NCBI GenBank assembly: GCA_951406725.2
Contig: OX597823.1
Span: forward strand, 59,458,001-59,522,000
DNA from: Octopus vulgaris
Lineage: Eukaryota
Reading direction: 5' to 3'
Length of the DNA stretch: 64,000 nt
The notes under the pieces are model-generated. The model was given only the letters and a program-made list of their open reading frames with translations. It made no database searches and was not told the origin of the DNA. The position numbers and the translations under genes were made by a program. Below are positions 38,878 to 53,166 of this stretch, piece by piece; the first letter of the stretch is position 1; each line of letters begins with the position of its first letter.

Positions 38878-41536
38878 GAAACAGAGTCAGAGAGAGAAAG
38901 AGAGAGAGTGTGTGTATATTTAGCTGATGAAGTGATGTTTGCTTGTCAATATTTCAATTCTGTTTTGTTTTTAATTGTTATTTACTTGGGATCAAAGATA
39001 TTTCCTCAGGTTAAAATGTGAACATGGACAGGAAAAGCATTTCAAGAAGCATTTCAGAGAACATAGTATATTGTGCAATGTTTGTTTTTGACGCATTCTG
39101 GGGGCCGAAAAGAGGAACATGCTTCGATATCAGAAGAAAGACATTGGGTTATGCTGCTTGTTTGTTTAGTGTAGCAAAATCCATTTGTTTGCCAGGTAAA
39201 AGTAGTAAAAAAAAACCTCTTGTAGCTGGAGGGAGTTTGCAAGCTTTTAATGAAGCTATATGAAACAGATGAAACTAGAACTATGATAAAGGGAGAGAAA
39301 TACCCTTCTCCAAACAAGTAAAAAGAGAGAGAGATAAACAAATGATGCTTACTTTTCATTAATGCTAATGAATTAGCCTTCATATTACTCTTATAATATT
39401 TTTTGCTCACCGTGGTATGTATTAAAGCTTGTTCTTACTTATCTGTTCTGTATCAAAACGCACTCTTCAGCTATTTTCCAATGCCTTTATAATTACTTAT
39501 GAGTGTGTAGCAGCTTGTATATGTCTCTTTCATGTCTCTGTAGATGGCTTACATCCTTTCTGTAATATTCTGAGTGCCACAAAGTAATTCCAGTTATAAG
39601 GTGTTAATTTTTAATGCTATAACAGTAACAGTAATAAATAACCATTGGTTATTACTCGTTTCATTGTACATCCCTGAGTTAGGTACTTTTAATATAGTTA
39701 AAATTTTGCATAAAAAATAACATATTGACTCATTGTAAAATCCTTAACTTTTCTAAGAGAGAATTTTTTGCTTCACACTATCTAAGACGATTGATATAAA
39801 AATTTTCTCTCCTGTATTTCCTATGTTTGTTGATGATGTTAACTCTTACTTAGACTGTTTTTGTGAGTTGTAATAATCTTTTTTTCATGTTTTACCCAAG
39901 ATAAAATGTTCAAGCTTTGATTCCATTACATTGCTTTTCAATTATCTTAATCCATCTCATTATTGTTTTGCTATATATTTAAAGAAAGAAAATACTTCAG
40001 AACAGCGAAAAATTCCTTTATAAAATCAGTTTGTTTGTTTTTTTTTGTATCTTTTTTTTTGATGATGATAAAATTAACAAAATATATACTTATCAAACTT
40101 TCTTCATTGTGTCTAATTTTAAGTTAGCACCAGTATTTCACAGAAGAAAACAACAAAACGTTTGCTTTTTTCTGCAGTTAAAAACAAATTTCAAGCCATA
40201 AAAATACACTGAACAAAAATAAAAAGATAAACCGTTTTTTTATCATTCTTATCACTATTTCCACCAGCTTCAGTTTTACAAAAATACTTTTCTGATTGAA
40301 TAGAGATGGATTAACAAGGAATGATTTAAACAGAAATCAAGTGGACACTTTTCTAATTATTCTAAATTGAAATTTGCTTCTTTTATTTTTCAAACCCATT
40401 CAAACCATAGAACACAGCGCGATTTTTTCTACAGATTACTCATTTCCATATTAATTGGAGAAAGATTCACTTCCTCCAATATTTACTGTAAATCTTGTTA
40501 TTAACCATCATAGAATAGATTTAATAGTATACAAGCAGCAAATTCAGATAAGGACAATAATAGTTGTTTGCAATCAGTGAAATAGGTGCAGTTGGTCTGT
40601 TTTCTTTACAAACCTATGATTCAAGTATTAATCAAATTAGAAGCATGAGTTAAATCTGAAATTGGTCTTACTATATATCCCTAGGCTCTGAGTCTGAATG
40701 AAATGATTTATTTGATAGTAACAAAAGATATTCCTGAAGAATATTGCCTTCCAGAAATAACATAAATTGATTCGTATACATTTTTCCTTACAAAATAATA
40801 TAATAGTTTTCCTACAAACCTGTTGTAAATAAATAGTGTTTTAATTTGGAACATATAAGCTCTGATAAAAACAATGTGCTATAATTAAGCCATGTTGTCA
40901 ATTACATGCCAATAATGCAGACACTGTTTTCTTTCACTGCAATGTTTCATTTGTTTAGCTTTCTCAACAACATTGAAAACAGCTTTGTGTTTCGTGTTAG
41001 CAGCTGCTGTTTCTTGTTTAACAAAATCGTGTGTGTGTGTGTGAGAGTGTGTATGAGTGAGTGTGTGTGTGTGTGTGTGAGAGAGAGAGTGCGCGCGTGT
41101 GTGTGTATGTGTGTGTGTACATACCAAGAATGAATTCTGTTCCTTTTATTAAAGATGCCAAAGCTTCAGAAATGTTATCGTGGAAATAGTTTACTGAGAC
41201 TAGTTTTATTTATAGCTTGACAATTATTGTTTTGTGAATTAAATGAGTCATTTAGCGAGGCCAATTTTTAGAACAATGAATCTTTGGAAACAATGAATTA
41301 TTAAGAATGATGGTCATTTATCATTTTACCTATTAATTAATTATTGAAAAATATCACCAGCAAATTATTATTTCTTACATTGTGTAATGTATATAATTAA
41401 ACCATCTCTCTGTCTTATACATACATACATGTATACATACATATTTATATATACATATATGATATATATTATATATATATGATATACATATATATAATAT
41501 GATATAAATATATACTATTATATATATATATGTATG

Positions 41537-41609
<73 letters not shown>

Positions 41610-42785
41610 ATATATGCACACACATAATGGAAGATAAACATGTAACCAAAACAGTCTAGATTTAATACACAAGACAGTGATAGAAGAAATATATCCAGCA
41701 TGGTTTGTTATTTAAAAGGCTGGTAACAATTTGCATAATAATTTTCAGTACTTCAATATATATTTTTGTGACAAAATGATTGATTAAAAGCGAACTTGTG
41801 CTGATACCTGCTGGTGTGTGTCAGCATCAAGAAGTGAAGTACTTTAGAATCATTGTGTGTCCCAGACAAAAATAAAACTAAAGTAGCAGACAGCTGAAGA
41901 AAATGGTGAAAAGACGATGAATGTAAGTTCCATTATTTTGTTTTGGCTTTGATAGTCTGCACCAAGGAAAAAAAAAATAGAAGTTTATTTTGAAGAAATG
42001 AGATTTATAGTGATGGAATCAGTAGGAGAGTTTTGTTTCTTCTTTTGTAATCTACACGTTGTAGATTTGTATAACCATCTGAAATGGTTAACTTACATGT
42101 ATGCGTCTATGCATGTCTGTGTATTTATTATATGTGTATATGTAGACAGTGACAGCAAACTTTTGTATCACATGCCACCAACACAGCTTGCTTGTACCAA
42201 TGGAACAATGGTGGACTTTCATCAAAAGTCAAGGAAAAACTAACTGAGAATGATGGATCATTTATGTAATTTCAAAGGAAGCAAATAACTTCTAGTAAAT
42301 AACAGAGGTATCATGAGGCAGTTGCTTATTCAGAAACGTATTTAGTTTTCTATGTGAAAGTTTAATTTTGTGCAGCATGGAAAACATGATAATAGCGTCG
42401 AGGGAAATCAATAATACGAAAGAGAGTTGCAAATCGTTGTAATCACTATACATACATACACACATGTTTACACTTATACACACATACACATGTACACATA
42501 TATATATATATATTATATTAGGATACACATATATAAAGATAGGTTGATAGATGCATTTTTATGCACATATATATAGAAATATATATAAAAGAGTAAAAGA
42601 GAGAATTCATACACACGCACGCATACATATATACATATGTATACACGCACAAACATGCACACACACACACATAGACGCCTATTTTTATATTTGTATCTAC
42701 CTGGCATATATATATATGGCAAAAATACTCATCCAGGCAATACAGACTTGGACATAACATTTGACCACTATAAAATTACGCAGCT

Positions 42786-42947
42786 GCACAGGCATGACTG
42801 TGTGGTAAGAAGCTTGCTTCCCAACCACATGGTTCCAGGTTCAATCCCAATGTGTTTCACCCTGGGCAAGTGTCTTCTACAATAGCTGCAGGCTAACCAA
42901 AGCCTTGTGGGTGGATTTGGTAGACAGAAACTGAAAGAAGCCCTTCG

Positions 42948-42980
<33 letters not shown>

Positions 42981-43224
42981 GTATGTATGTATGTATGTAT
43001 ATATATGTGTGTGTTGGGGTTTGTCCCACTTTTACCACTTGACAATTGGTGTTGGTGTGTTTATATCCCTGTAACTTGATGGTTCAGCAAAAGAGAGCGA
43101 TAAAATAAAGTACTAGGCTTTTAAAAAAAATTAGTCCTTGGGTCAATTTCTTCGACTAAAACCCTTTAAGGTAGTGCTCCAGCATGGCCACAAATGACTG
43201 AAACAATCAAAAGAATAAAAGAAT
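42786..43224 (+). mobile_element. SINE family A
   Basis: Full-length family A copy. Confidence 0.85.
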
Positions 43225-43514
43225 CACTAACAGTATATATACTGATGGTGATAACATGAAATTCTAGAACCATCCATAATTATAATGAATGTGAGATCTT
43301 ATTGTTCCAAAGAAACTGTAAGGGACTCCTCATTGTTTCCAGTATGTTTAAATGATGTACTGTTCTTTTTTACATGCAATAAGCACCCTGAATCCTTACT
43401 CTCTCTGTATTATTGACTTCTTTCTCATTACAGATTATTACAATCTTCTAACAAATAGATAAGTAGATAGATACACAGATAGATAGCTAGATACATTGAC
43501 AGACACACAGCTAG

Positions 43515-43800
43515 ATATCTTTATTGGCCATGCTGGGCTAAATACAGAAGGGACAAAATGCAAAGTAGAGCTTTTCTTTTGGGGAAGAAGAGAAGGGGGG
43601 AAAAAAGGGGGGGGCGAATTCCAATCAAAAGGGATCGTGAGAAGAAGAAAAAAAGAAACAAGGGGAGTGAATTCCGATCGATAGGGATCGTGTATCACTG
43701 TAAAAGGGGAGAACAGATTAGGTTTGTCCGTGGATAGAAAAGCCTATGGAAAAGACCACGGGAACCTTGGGCAATAGTGTCATGCGAAAAGAAAACACAT
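43515..43800 (-). mobile_element. Probable LINE 3' UTR inserted in a (GATA)n tract
   Basis: Minus strand ends ccAATAAAga next to (TATC)n and is pyrimidine-rich. Clade not established. Confidence 0.4.
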
Positions 43801-44510
43801 TACAGTAAATGGCTCTCTTTTTCCATCTTTTTTTTTTCTTTTGGTTCATAGGATTATGCTCAAGAGAAGATAGATAGATGGATAGATAGATGGATAGATA
43901 GACAGACAGACAGACACACAGATAGATAGATAGATAGACAGATAGAGAAATAGATAGATAGACACACAGATATAAAGATGGCCATGTAATTTCTTTTGAA
44001 AGATATGTAGGACATCAAATGTATCTTTTCATTATTTGAGACTGCTGGGTTGGGTGAATTTTAAGATGGTTGGCCAACATCCTAGAAATAGCAACCATAC
44101 CTTACTGTCTTAAACAAAGAAAAGGCACATTAAATAATGTGATCATATTGCGGCTACTTTCCATTCATAAACATTTTAACTGTTGACGTCAGTTTTGTTT
44201 CTACCATCAACAAATAATGATTTGGCCAGACTGACTGATTTTAGTTTGTTGTTGCCATGGTGACCATCGAAGTTTTAAGATTTTGTATTGTGTTTTGCTA
44301 TTAATATAACTTCTATGATGAATCGTCTTGGAAGTAATATTTTTGAGAAATTCTATGTAAGGTTGCTATGGCATCGTAGGTGTCAGCATCACTGTGTAGT
44401 TGAGAAATTTGCATTGCAGCCATATGTTTTAGGTTCAATCTCACAGCACATTTGTGCAGCTGTAAGTGTACCATAGCTTCATAGTGTAGATGTCTATATG
44501 TATGCATATA

Positions 44511-44560
<50 letters not shown>

Positions 44561-44562
<2 letters not shown>

Positions 44563-44961
44563 CGTAGGAGTGGCTGTGTGGTAAGTAGCTTGCTTACCAA
44601 CCACATGGTTCTTGGTTCAGTCCCTCTGCGTGGCACCTTGGACAAGTGTCTTCTACTATAGCATCGGGCCGACCAAAGCCTTGTGAGTGGATTTGGTAGA
44701 CAGAAACTGAAAGAAGCCCATCGTATATATGTATATATATATATTTGTGTGTCTGTGTTTGCCTGCCCCCTCAACATTGCTTGACAACCAATGCTGGTGT
44801 GTTTACGTCCCCGTAACTAAGTGCTTCGGTAAAAGAGACTGATAGAATAAGTACTCAGCTTACAAAGAATAAATACTCGGATCGATTTGCTCGACTGAAG
44901 GCGGTGCTCCAGCATGGCCACAGTCAAATGACTGAAACAAGTAAAAGAGTAAAAGAAAAGA
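44561..44961 (+). mobile_element. SINE family A
   Basis: Full-length, little-diverged copy. Confidence 0.9.
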
Positions 44962-45014
44962 GTATATATACATCTTAAAGAAAATGAGATAATAAAAACC
45001 AAGGCTGTGTGAAA

Positions 45015-45371
45015 TTTTACTCTCTTGTTTCAGACATTTGACTGTGGCCATGCTGGAGCACCGCATTTAGTCAAACAAATCAACCCCAGGACTTATTCTT
45101 TGGAAGCCTAGTACATATTTTATCGGTCTCTCTTGCCAAACCATTGGTTGTCAAGCGATGTTGGGGTCAAACAAAGACACAAACATATACACACACATGC
45201 ATATATACGACGGGCTTCTTTCAGTTTCTGTCTACCAAATCCACTCACAAGGCTTTGGTTGGCCCGAGGCTATAGTAGAAGACACTTGCCCAAGGTGCCA
45301 CGCAGTGAGACTGAACCCGAAACCATGTGGTTGGTAAGCAAATTACTTACCACACGGCCACTCCTACGTCT
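45015..45371 (-). mobile_element. SINE family A (inverted relative to 44561-44961)
   Basis: Reverse-complement copy with a small internal deletion. Confidence 0.9.
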
Positions 45372-45397
45372 ATAGGACATTTATAAAGAAAAAGGAA

Positions 45398-45445
45398 GTC
45401 TTACAACTGTTTCTGAGGTATTAGGAATATCTCTTCATCAGAGAC
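45398..45445 (-). ncRNA. Type I hammerhead ribozyme
   Basis: Minus strand gtct-CTGATGA-a-gagatatt-cct-aatacctc-a-GAAA-cagttg-TA-agac. Stem III is one change from the CAGCTG palindrome, GUA triplet. Confidence 0.65.
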
Positions 45446-46091
45446 GATATGAGAGAGTTAACTAGAGGGAAATAGTAGAGTTCAATATAAGGTGATATTT
45501 TGGAAAAGAATGGACATAAGACAGACAAAGGGAAATAAGAGAACAAAAATAAAAAATAAAAGTAAAAATATATGTAGGATGTTACAGTTTCAGTTCCATA
45601 TATAAGTAAGTATGTATGTATGTATGTACGTATGTATGTATGTATGTATGTATGTATGTATGTATGTATGTATGTGTGTATGTATATATGTACGTGTGTG
45701 TGTATGTGTGTATGTATATGAATATCATCTGCTTTAAAAAGCAACTAACAGTCTTGTTATCAGTTTGAAAATGATGAAATATATTACTGCTTTGCCCAGG
45801 AAACTGTAGGAAATGTCTGCATTATGTCTGCACTGGGATGTAGTGGTTGATAACTTTGTGGGTGTTTACCAAGTCCGTCGCCAGACGCCGGAGCTTCAGT
45901 GAATCCATGCCTTCTCAAGAGAGCTCAAGCTGAATGCTAACAAAGCAACAAGACTTTTTGAGTTAAGAGAGTTCCCAGTGTTTGTAAATATGTGGTTGAG
46001 TTGGTGTGTTGATTGAACTGTTGATCCATACACCAAAGTGTGTGCATCTATTCACGTGAGAAATCTCAGATGGAAAATGTTTGGAATGTTT

Positions 46092-46463
46092 AGGTGCAGG
46101 AGTGGCTGTGTGGTAAGTAGCTTGCTTACTAACCACATGTTCAGTCCCACTGTGTGGCACCTTGGGCAAGTGTCTCCTACTACAGCTACAGGCCGACCAA
46201 AGCCTTGTGAGTGGATTTGCTAGACAGAAACTGAAAGAAGCCCATTGTATATATGTATATATATATGTATGTGTATGTGTTTGTGTCTGTGCTTGTCCCC
46301 CCAACATTGCTTGACAACCAATGCTGGTGTATTTATGTCCCTGTAACTTAGCGGTTCGGCAAAAAGAGACCAATAGAATAAGTACTAGGCTTACAAAGAA
46401 TAAGTCCTGGGGTTGATTTGCTCAACTAATGTTGGTGCAAATCAAATAAAAGAATAAAAGAAT
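46092..46463 (+). mobile_element. SINE family A (partial copy follows at ~46760-46983)
   Basis: Family A head, core and tail. Confidence 0.85.
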
Positions 46464-48714
46464 GTTTAACAAATTTTCACTGTGCCAGTGATAGATTGAA
46501 TTTGGAGAACCCACAACAGTTTCTTTTGCTCTTTCTCCATGAAAATGAGTATTTCTAGTAATTAGTGCAAATTTGTTGATGCATAAACTAATGTACTAAA
46601 TGATAGTTACAAATGAGAATTCATAGTCTGGGTAGTATGCATGTATGTATGCATGCATGTATGTGTGTGTAAGTATATGTTTATGTATGTATGTATGTAT
46701 GTGTGTGTCTTTGTGTGTTCTGCAAGTCTGCTTGCATGTAAAGCAAAACAAAATAAACTCTGGGTTCAGTCCCACTGCATGGCACTTTGGGCAAATGTCT
46801 TCTACTATAGCCTCGGGCCGACCAAAGTCTTGTGAGTGGATTTGGTAGACAGAAACGGAAAGAAGCCCATCGTATAAGTATATGTATATGTGTGTATATG
46901 TTTGTATGTCTGTGTTTGTCCCCTCCACCATCGCTTGACAACAGATGTTGGTGTAATTAGTTTTAGCCCTTGTAACTTAGCAGTATGTATGTATGTTTGT
47001 TTTGTATTTAGAGGTGGCTCATCATAAAGATGAAGAAATTCACAAGTTACAAAAAGGATTCAGTTCCGTTAATGACAGGGTATATTTTATTTATTTTGTA
47101 GCTACTTGCAATCTGTAAAATTGTTCCAGTTCTTAAAACGACTTGATGAGAGTTAATGGAGAAATATAAAAACTGAAGCAAATTTGATTTAAAACAGAGG
47201 TAAATGTAGATATGAAGATAAAAAGTCTAAAGGAAGACATGAATGTGTTAAAAGTTGTTGGAGTTGGAATAAAATAATTGTTTTAACTAAATAATTGCTT
47301 TAACAAAATTACAATATTGCTCAAATTTATATCTTATCATTCTACCAACAAGATTGCATTTTAATTTGGTGCCAAACCAACAAAATAGATTTTTTTTAAT
47401 GCAAATATTTACGATACATATTTAGATATATTTTGCTAATAATTGTAGTAAATTCAACTTCTACTAATTATTATGTATCATCATAGGTGTTTACTGTAAT
47501 ATTTGGTGTTAACCCTTTAGTATTCAAACTGGTCATATCCAGCTCAAATAGTCTACTTGTTGTATGTTCAAAGTGACTGCAGCTCCAAGCTGACTGAAGC
47601 CTTGTGAGTGGATTAGGTAAGCGGAAACTGAAATGAAACCTATCATGTGTGTGTGTGCGTTTATTTATGTGTATGTAAGTGTGCTACTGCCTCCTTGTCT
47701 CCTTGTCTTGACATAGCATGATAGTTGTAATGCCAACTGTGTCCTTTATTCCCAATCTTTCATGAAAACATGTTTGATTATGGCAACGGGAAGGGCATCA
47801 AGCTGTAGAAAACCTGCTCCAAGAAATTCCATCCAACCTACTGAAGCATGGAAAAGCGGTCATCAAAATAATAATGACGACGACGACGACGATGATGATG
47901 ACAACGACGACGATGATGATGATGATGATGACAATGATGATGATGACGATAATGATGATGGTGATGATGATGATGATAATGACGACAACCGTGGCGACGC
48001 TGATGATGATGAAGGTTTATGATACAACCAAAATAACTTAACTTATCCTTTATTAATTTAATCAGTTAATATATGGGTTTTTATTTTTTAATTATTTAAT
48101 CTATACCAAAATTCAAATTTATATTTCATCTATTCTGTGTTCCTTTTTCTTATGAGGAAAAACATTTTTATTTCCCACTCCACCTTCTTCCAAAAGCTTC
48201 ATGGCTTTCTGAGCTCATTTCTTTTTTTTTTTTTTTTTCTCACACCTTCAATTTGACACCTATATATTGCAATCTTTATGATCTGTTCTCAGTTAACTCT
48301 GATAAATTTATTTATTTTAAAAACTGATACAATATTGCATATTGTAAGCATTAATGGTATAATTATAAAATACTCCCTTCTAACCACATTTACTCTTTCA
48401 TTCACATTATGGATCACTTTGTTTTTGTCAGCAAACACATTTTCAAACATGCACATATATACACACAAACAAACAAACACACACATACACATACACACAT
48501 ACATACATACATACATACAGATATATGCAAATACATATGCACATACATTTTAAAATTCCTCTTTCTGTTATCATTACCATCGTCATCTTTATTATTTTAT
48601 TATCATCATTATTGTTGTCGTTGTTATTATTATTATTATTATTATTATCATTATTATTAATATTATTATTATCATCGTATGTTTATATTATACAACTGCA
48701 TATGCAAAAACATG

Positions 48715-48802
<88 letters not shown>

Positions 48803-49472
48803 CTGTGTGCATGTGTATGTGTGTGTGTTATATATTATATATTAAATTATTAGACTGAAAGATTTAAACGACAATACTATATACCGAAATTGAAAAAAAA
48901 AAAAAAGAAAAATGAAAAATAGATCTTTGCAAAGAAATAATGGCTTTAATATTATATTATATTCTGTTAGAATATAAACATATTGATTTTCTTTTTTACT
49001 AAGCAAAAGAAGCAATATTTTACAGTGGATAGGTTATAGTTGATTAATTTGATTCCAGTATTTACTGGCACAGATTTATTGACCTCAGAATGAAGAAAAA
49101 CATGATCTAACCCCTGGGCAAATATGAATTAAAAATGCAGATACAACTCTATATTGCATCTACAATAGGTATATCAAAATATCAAGCTAGAAATATCAGC
49201 CAAATATGCCTTTTGCAAGAATATCCTAAAAAGGATGTGTTGGATTATAAAGTCCATGTTAGTCAACGGCTCAAAACAGGATGAATAATTACTACTGGAA
49301 AGCCCTTCCTCATAGATCTGCTCAGTCAAGGATATCCTGGAATTAAACAACAGACTCTGCAATGCATTTTGATTACTCTCACTTTAACCCACCTGATGCT
49401 GCGGCTTGTCTTTGATGCAATATATTTCACAATGTTCATATTTATTCCAGCATGCCCCATAATAATTTTATC

Positions 49473-49696
49473 TCTTTTATTATTTTACTTCTTTCAGTCA
49501 TTTGACTGTGGCCATGCTGGAGCACTGCCTTTAGTCGGGCGAATCAACCCCAGGACTAATTCTTTGTAAGCCTAGTACTTATTCTATCAGTCTCTTTTGC
49601 TGAACCACAAAGTTACGGGGATGAAAACACACCACCATTGGTTGTCAAGTGATGTTGGCGGGGACAAACACAGACAAACAAACATATACACACACT

Positions 49697-49740
<44 letters not shown>

Positions 49741-49905
49741 TACGATGAGCTTCTTTCAGTTTCCGTCTACCAAATCCACTTACAAGGCTTTGGTTGGCTT
49801 GAGGGTATAGCAGAAGATACTTGCCCACGGTGCCATGCAGTGGGACTGAACCCAGAACCATGTGTTTGGTAAGCAAGCTACTTACCACACAGCCACTCCT
49901 ACGCC
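49473..49905 (-). mobile_element. SINE family A
   Basis: Reverse-complement copy. Confidence 0.85.
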
Positions 49906-50064
49906 TTATCTCAGAACTTTTTGTTGATTTATGTGCCAAAACACCACCTTAATAAAGAAAGGGAAGTTAATTATGTTAATAAAGCCCTTCTCAATTCTAA
50001 TTTTTACTTGTTTCTACTGTTTCAAAGAGTAGTTTCTAAGCAATGTAAACTTCATCATCTGTGG

Positions 50065-50128
<64 letters not shown>

Positions 50129-50156
50129 CAACAATAATAATAATAATAATAATAAC

Positions 50157-50204
<48 letters not shown>

Positions 50205-50650
50205 CTTTTGTACTATAGGCACAAGACGTGAAATTTAGTGGAAGGAGGCCAGTCAATTAGACAGACCCCACTACTCAACTGGTAGTTAATTTATCAACCC
50301 CAAAAGGATGAAAAGCAAAGTCAACTTCAGCAGAATTTGAACTCACAACATAAGGACAGATCAAATGCCACTAAGCATTTTGCCCAGCATGCTAACAATT
50401 CTGCCACCTCGCTGTTCTCCAATAATTATAATAATAATAATAATGGTTTCAATTTTTAGCACAAGGTCAGCAAGCTGGAGAACAGACTAGTTGATTATAT
50501 CAACCCGCAGTGGACAACTGGTACATATTTTATTGACCCCGAATATGAAAGACAAAGTTGACCTCAGAAGAATTTGAACTTAGCATGTAAAGCCAAAGAA
50601 ATGCTTCTAACCATTTTATTCAGAGTGCTAACAATTTTGTCAGCATGCCA
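50205..50650 (-). mobile_element. Two adjacent SINE family B copies
   Basis: Each has aaaggatgaaa..caaagt.(g)ac.tc.gcagaatttgaact; separated by (AAT)n. Confidence 0.75.
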
Positions 50651-51674
50651 ATTTCACTTTCCAATTTTAATTTTAGAAATTAATTACAGCATATAAACTA
50701 TGTATTTCTTTGAGAAACATGTAATCGAAGGGGTTAAGTGTATTTAAACTGCTCGTATCCAGCCCAGATATTCTATCTGTTTTATTGTTCAAACCAGCCA
50801 AATCTAGCCTCTCACAATTACCATACAATATCAATGAAAAATACACAATAACATCATTGAAATCTCAAAGTTACAGGATAATGCATGATTAATTTGAAAC
50901 AATGTGAATAAGTAAGCATTACATTTGACTGAGTAATCTGAATGGTTAAAGGTTTAAAAACTAATTATTTGACAAAATCTTGGATTAGCCAACACACTTA
51001 TCAAGGAGGTTCTTTGATTAGATCTGTCTTTGTCAAAGGAAAATCAAGGCTAGTACATCTGAAAGGGACAAGCAGATGCAAAGGTTGGTGAGATTCAGTA
51101 GTACTCAGCTCAGTTACCTTAGTGGTAATTTGTAGCTTTTATAGCTGGCCATTGACTCATTGTTGAGTTCATCCGGTTTTGTAGTCAGATACTGATTTTT
51201 CCCTATGTAGGTATTCATCTACCCTTCAAATACTAGAGTGAATCCACAGAGTAGTCGATAGCAGTTGAGTCACGGTTGTTCTGATCATGAAACAAGAAGC
51301 ACAGGTTTACATGATTATCAATAGTATTTTATTTTTGAGATGATCTGAACTGACATGTAACATGTACATCTACATTAGTTAATGTGTCTTTTCCTTAATT
51401 AAAATTGTAGGTTGAAATTGAGCAAGATTCAGCTGTTATGTCTTTGAGGTTGTGGACGCATGTAAGGGCATCCTCATTGGCTTGATCTGCAGGGAATTCA
51501 TTCTAGCTGGAAATCAGTAGAAATAAGAAGTAACATGAAATAGCTCAATGACACAATGACTCTTACACTACAGATGCAGCTCAATTAAGAGCTCAGCTTC
51601 TCCCCACTCTAAATCACTCATACACATGTATATCTGTATGTATCTATATATGTATGTATGTGTGTATGTATGTA

Positions 51675-51970
51675 TCATCATCATCATCATCGTTCAACGT
51701 CCGCTTTCCATGCTAGCATGGGTTGGACGGTTCAACTGGGGTCTGGGAAGCCCGAAGGCTGCACCAGGCCAGTCAGATCAGCCGGTGTTTCTACAGCTGG
51801 ATGCCCTGCCTAACGCCAACCACTCCGTGAGTGTAGTGAGTGCTTTTTATGTGCCACCGACACAGGTGCCAGACTAGGCTGGTGAACGGCCATGCTGAGA
51901 TGGTGCTTTTTATGTGCCACCAGCACAGAGGCCAGGTGAGGCTGGCAACAGCCACGATCGGATGGTCTTT
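51675..51970 (-). mobile_element. RTE-related 3' tail element
   Basis: (TCA)n-cgttcaacgtccgctttccatgctagcatgggttggacgg..ctacagctggatgccc. Confidence 0.8.
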
Positions 51971-51995
51971 GTTATGTATATATGTATGTGTGTAC

Positions 51996-52059
<64 letters not shown>

Positions 52060-52376
52060 GTATATACACATCTATGTATATAATCATGTTCCATGCTTGC
52101 ATGGGCTGGACAAAAATGTTTTTCAGTGCCTACTGGAATCATAATCCAGACACACCATAAATTGTGCAGACATGCTAAACACTAAGGCAATTGTCATTTT
52201 ATTCATTCTTTCACTCATTCATCCATTCATCCATCCATTCATCCATTCATACATACATACATGTTTTGTGCATGTGTGTGTAATTGCACACACAATTACG
52301 GAGAAAGAGAGTGAGAAATGGTAAAGTGTAATGCATAAATGAAAATCAGAAGAATTCCGTTTTTCCTTTGTTGCAG

Positions 52377-52430
52377 ATTGCAGAAGAGATGGAAAAAGAA
52401 AGAAAAATGTTTCAGTTACAAGCATGTGAA
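52377..52430 (+). CDS. ASAP: Internal coding exon (phase 0/0) of an ASAP-family Arf-GAP, BAR domain
   Basis: Acceptor ttttcctttgttgcAG, 54-nt open exon IAEEMEKERKMFQLQACE, donor GTAAGT. Resembles vertebrate ASAP1/2 BAR sequence IAEEMEKERR(L/F)FQLQMCE (from memory). No other ASAP exon was recognised in the window. Confidence 0.82.
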
Positions 52431-52882
52431 GTAAGTATCTTTAATGACAGGACGGGCATCTGACTGTAAAGCAATGCTTTAGTAATATTTATTCGTCTGA
52501 CCTTTACTACCACTGCAAAATAGACAATATAATGAACAAAATATCAGAATGAAAATTGTATTTTTACCATTCAGCTGGTCATTATATTTCTTGACCATCC
52601 AACACTGACATCAACAGATCAGCTGTCCTCTATTATAATGACCATCACTAATGGCATTTCAAGTTTACCAGGTCGCTATGTAACTGACCACTAATAACTG
52701 ATATCTACTTATTGCTGACGTTAAACGATGATGATGATATGTAATAAACCCTTAAAGAGAGAGCCCCAGGATGACCACAGTCCAATGACTGAAACAAGAA
52801 AAGGATAAAAGATAGATAGTCCCCTAAAACATCTAGTCATGGGACCCCTAGGCTAATCCCTGCTTTGATAGTGAAATTGGGC

Positions 52883-53108
52883 TTAACTCTAGCATTTAAT
52901 CCAGCCATTTCTGGTCCAGATATTCTCCTGGTTTTATGTTAAAATTGAGCAGATCCAATGTCTCACACTTACCCTACAAGGTCATTCTAAAAATAAACAA
53001 CTACATCATAGAAATTGTGAAGCTATGAGAAAATGCATGATTAATTCAAAACAATGTGAATAAATAAGGTTTACATTTGACAAAGAAATCTGAATGTTCA
53101 AGAGTTAA
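52883..53108. mobile_element. TTAA-flanked piggyBac-like MITE (related copies at ~50735-50956 and partially ~47510-47575)
   Basis: TTAActctagcatt ... gaatgttcaagagTTAA; the interior is shared with 50735-50956. Confidence 0.6.
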
Positions 53109-53166
53109 AGTTGTATTTGTGTGGTCTATTCTATCCATATTAGATACCATAAGCATCCACATAAAT

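Noticed and set aside
39270-40000. Possible Penelope-like remnant on the minus strand
   Set aside because: Only a faint IGNTG motif; too decayed to support.
41790-41928. Possible first exon ending in GTAAGT
   Set aside because: Only a donor-like site and a 5-codon ORF; no further support.
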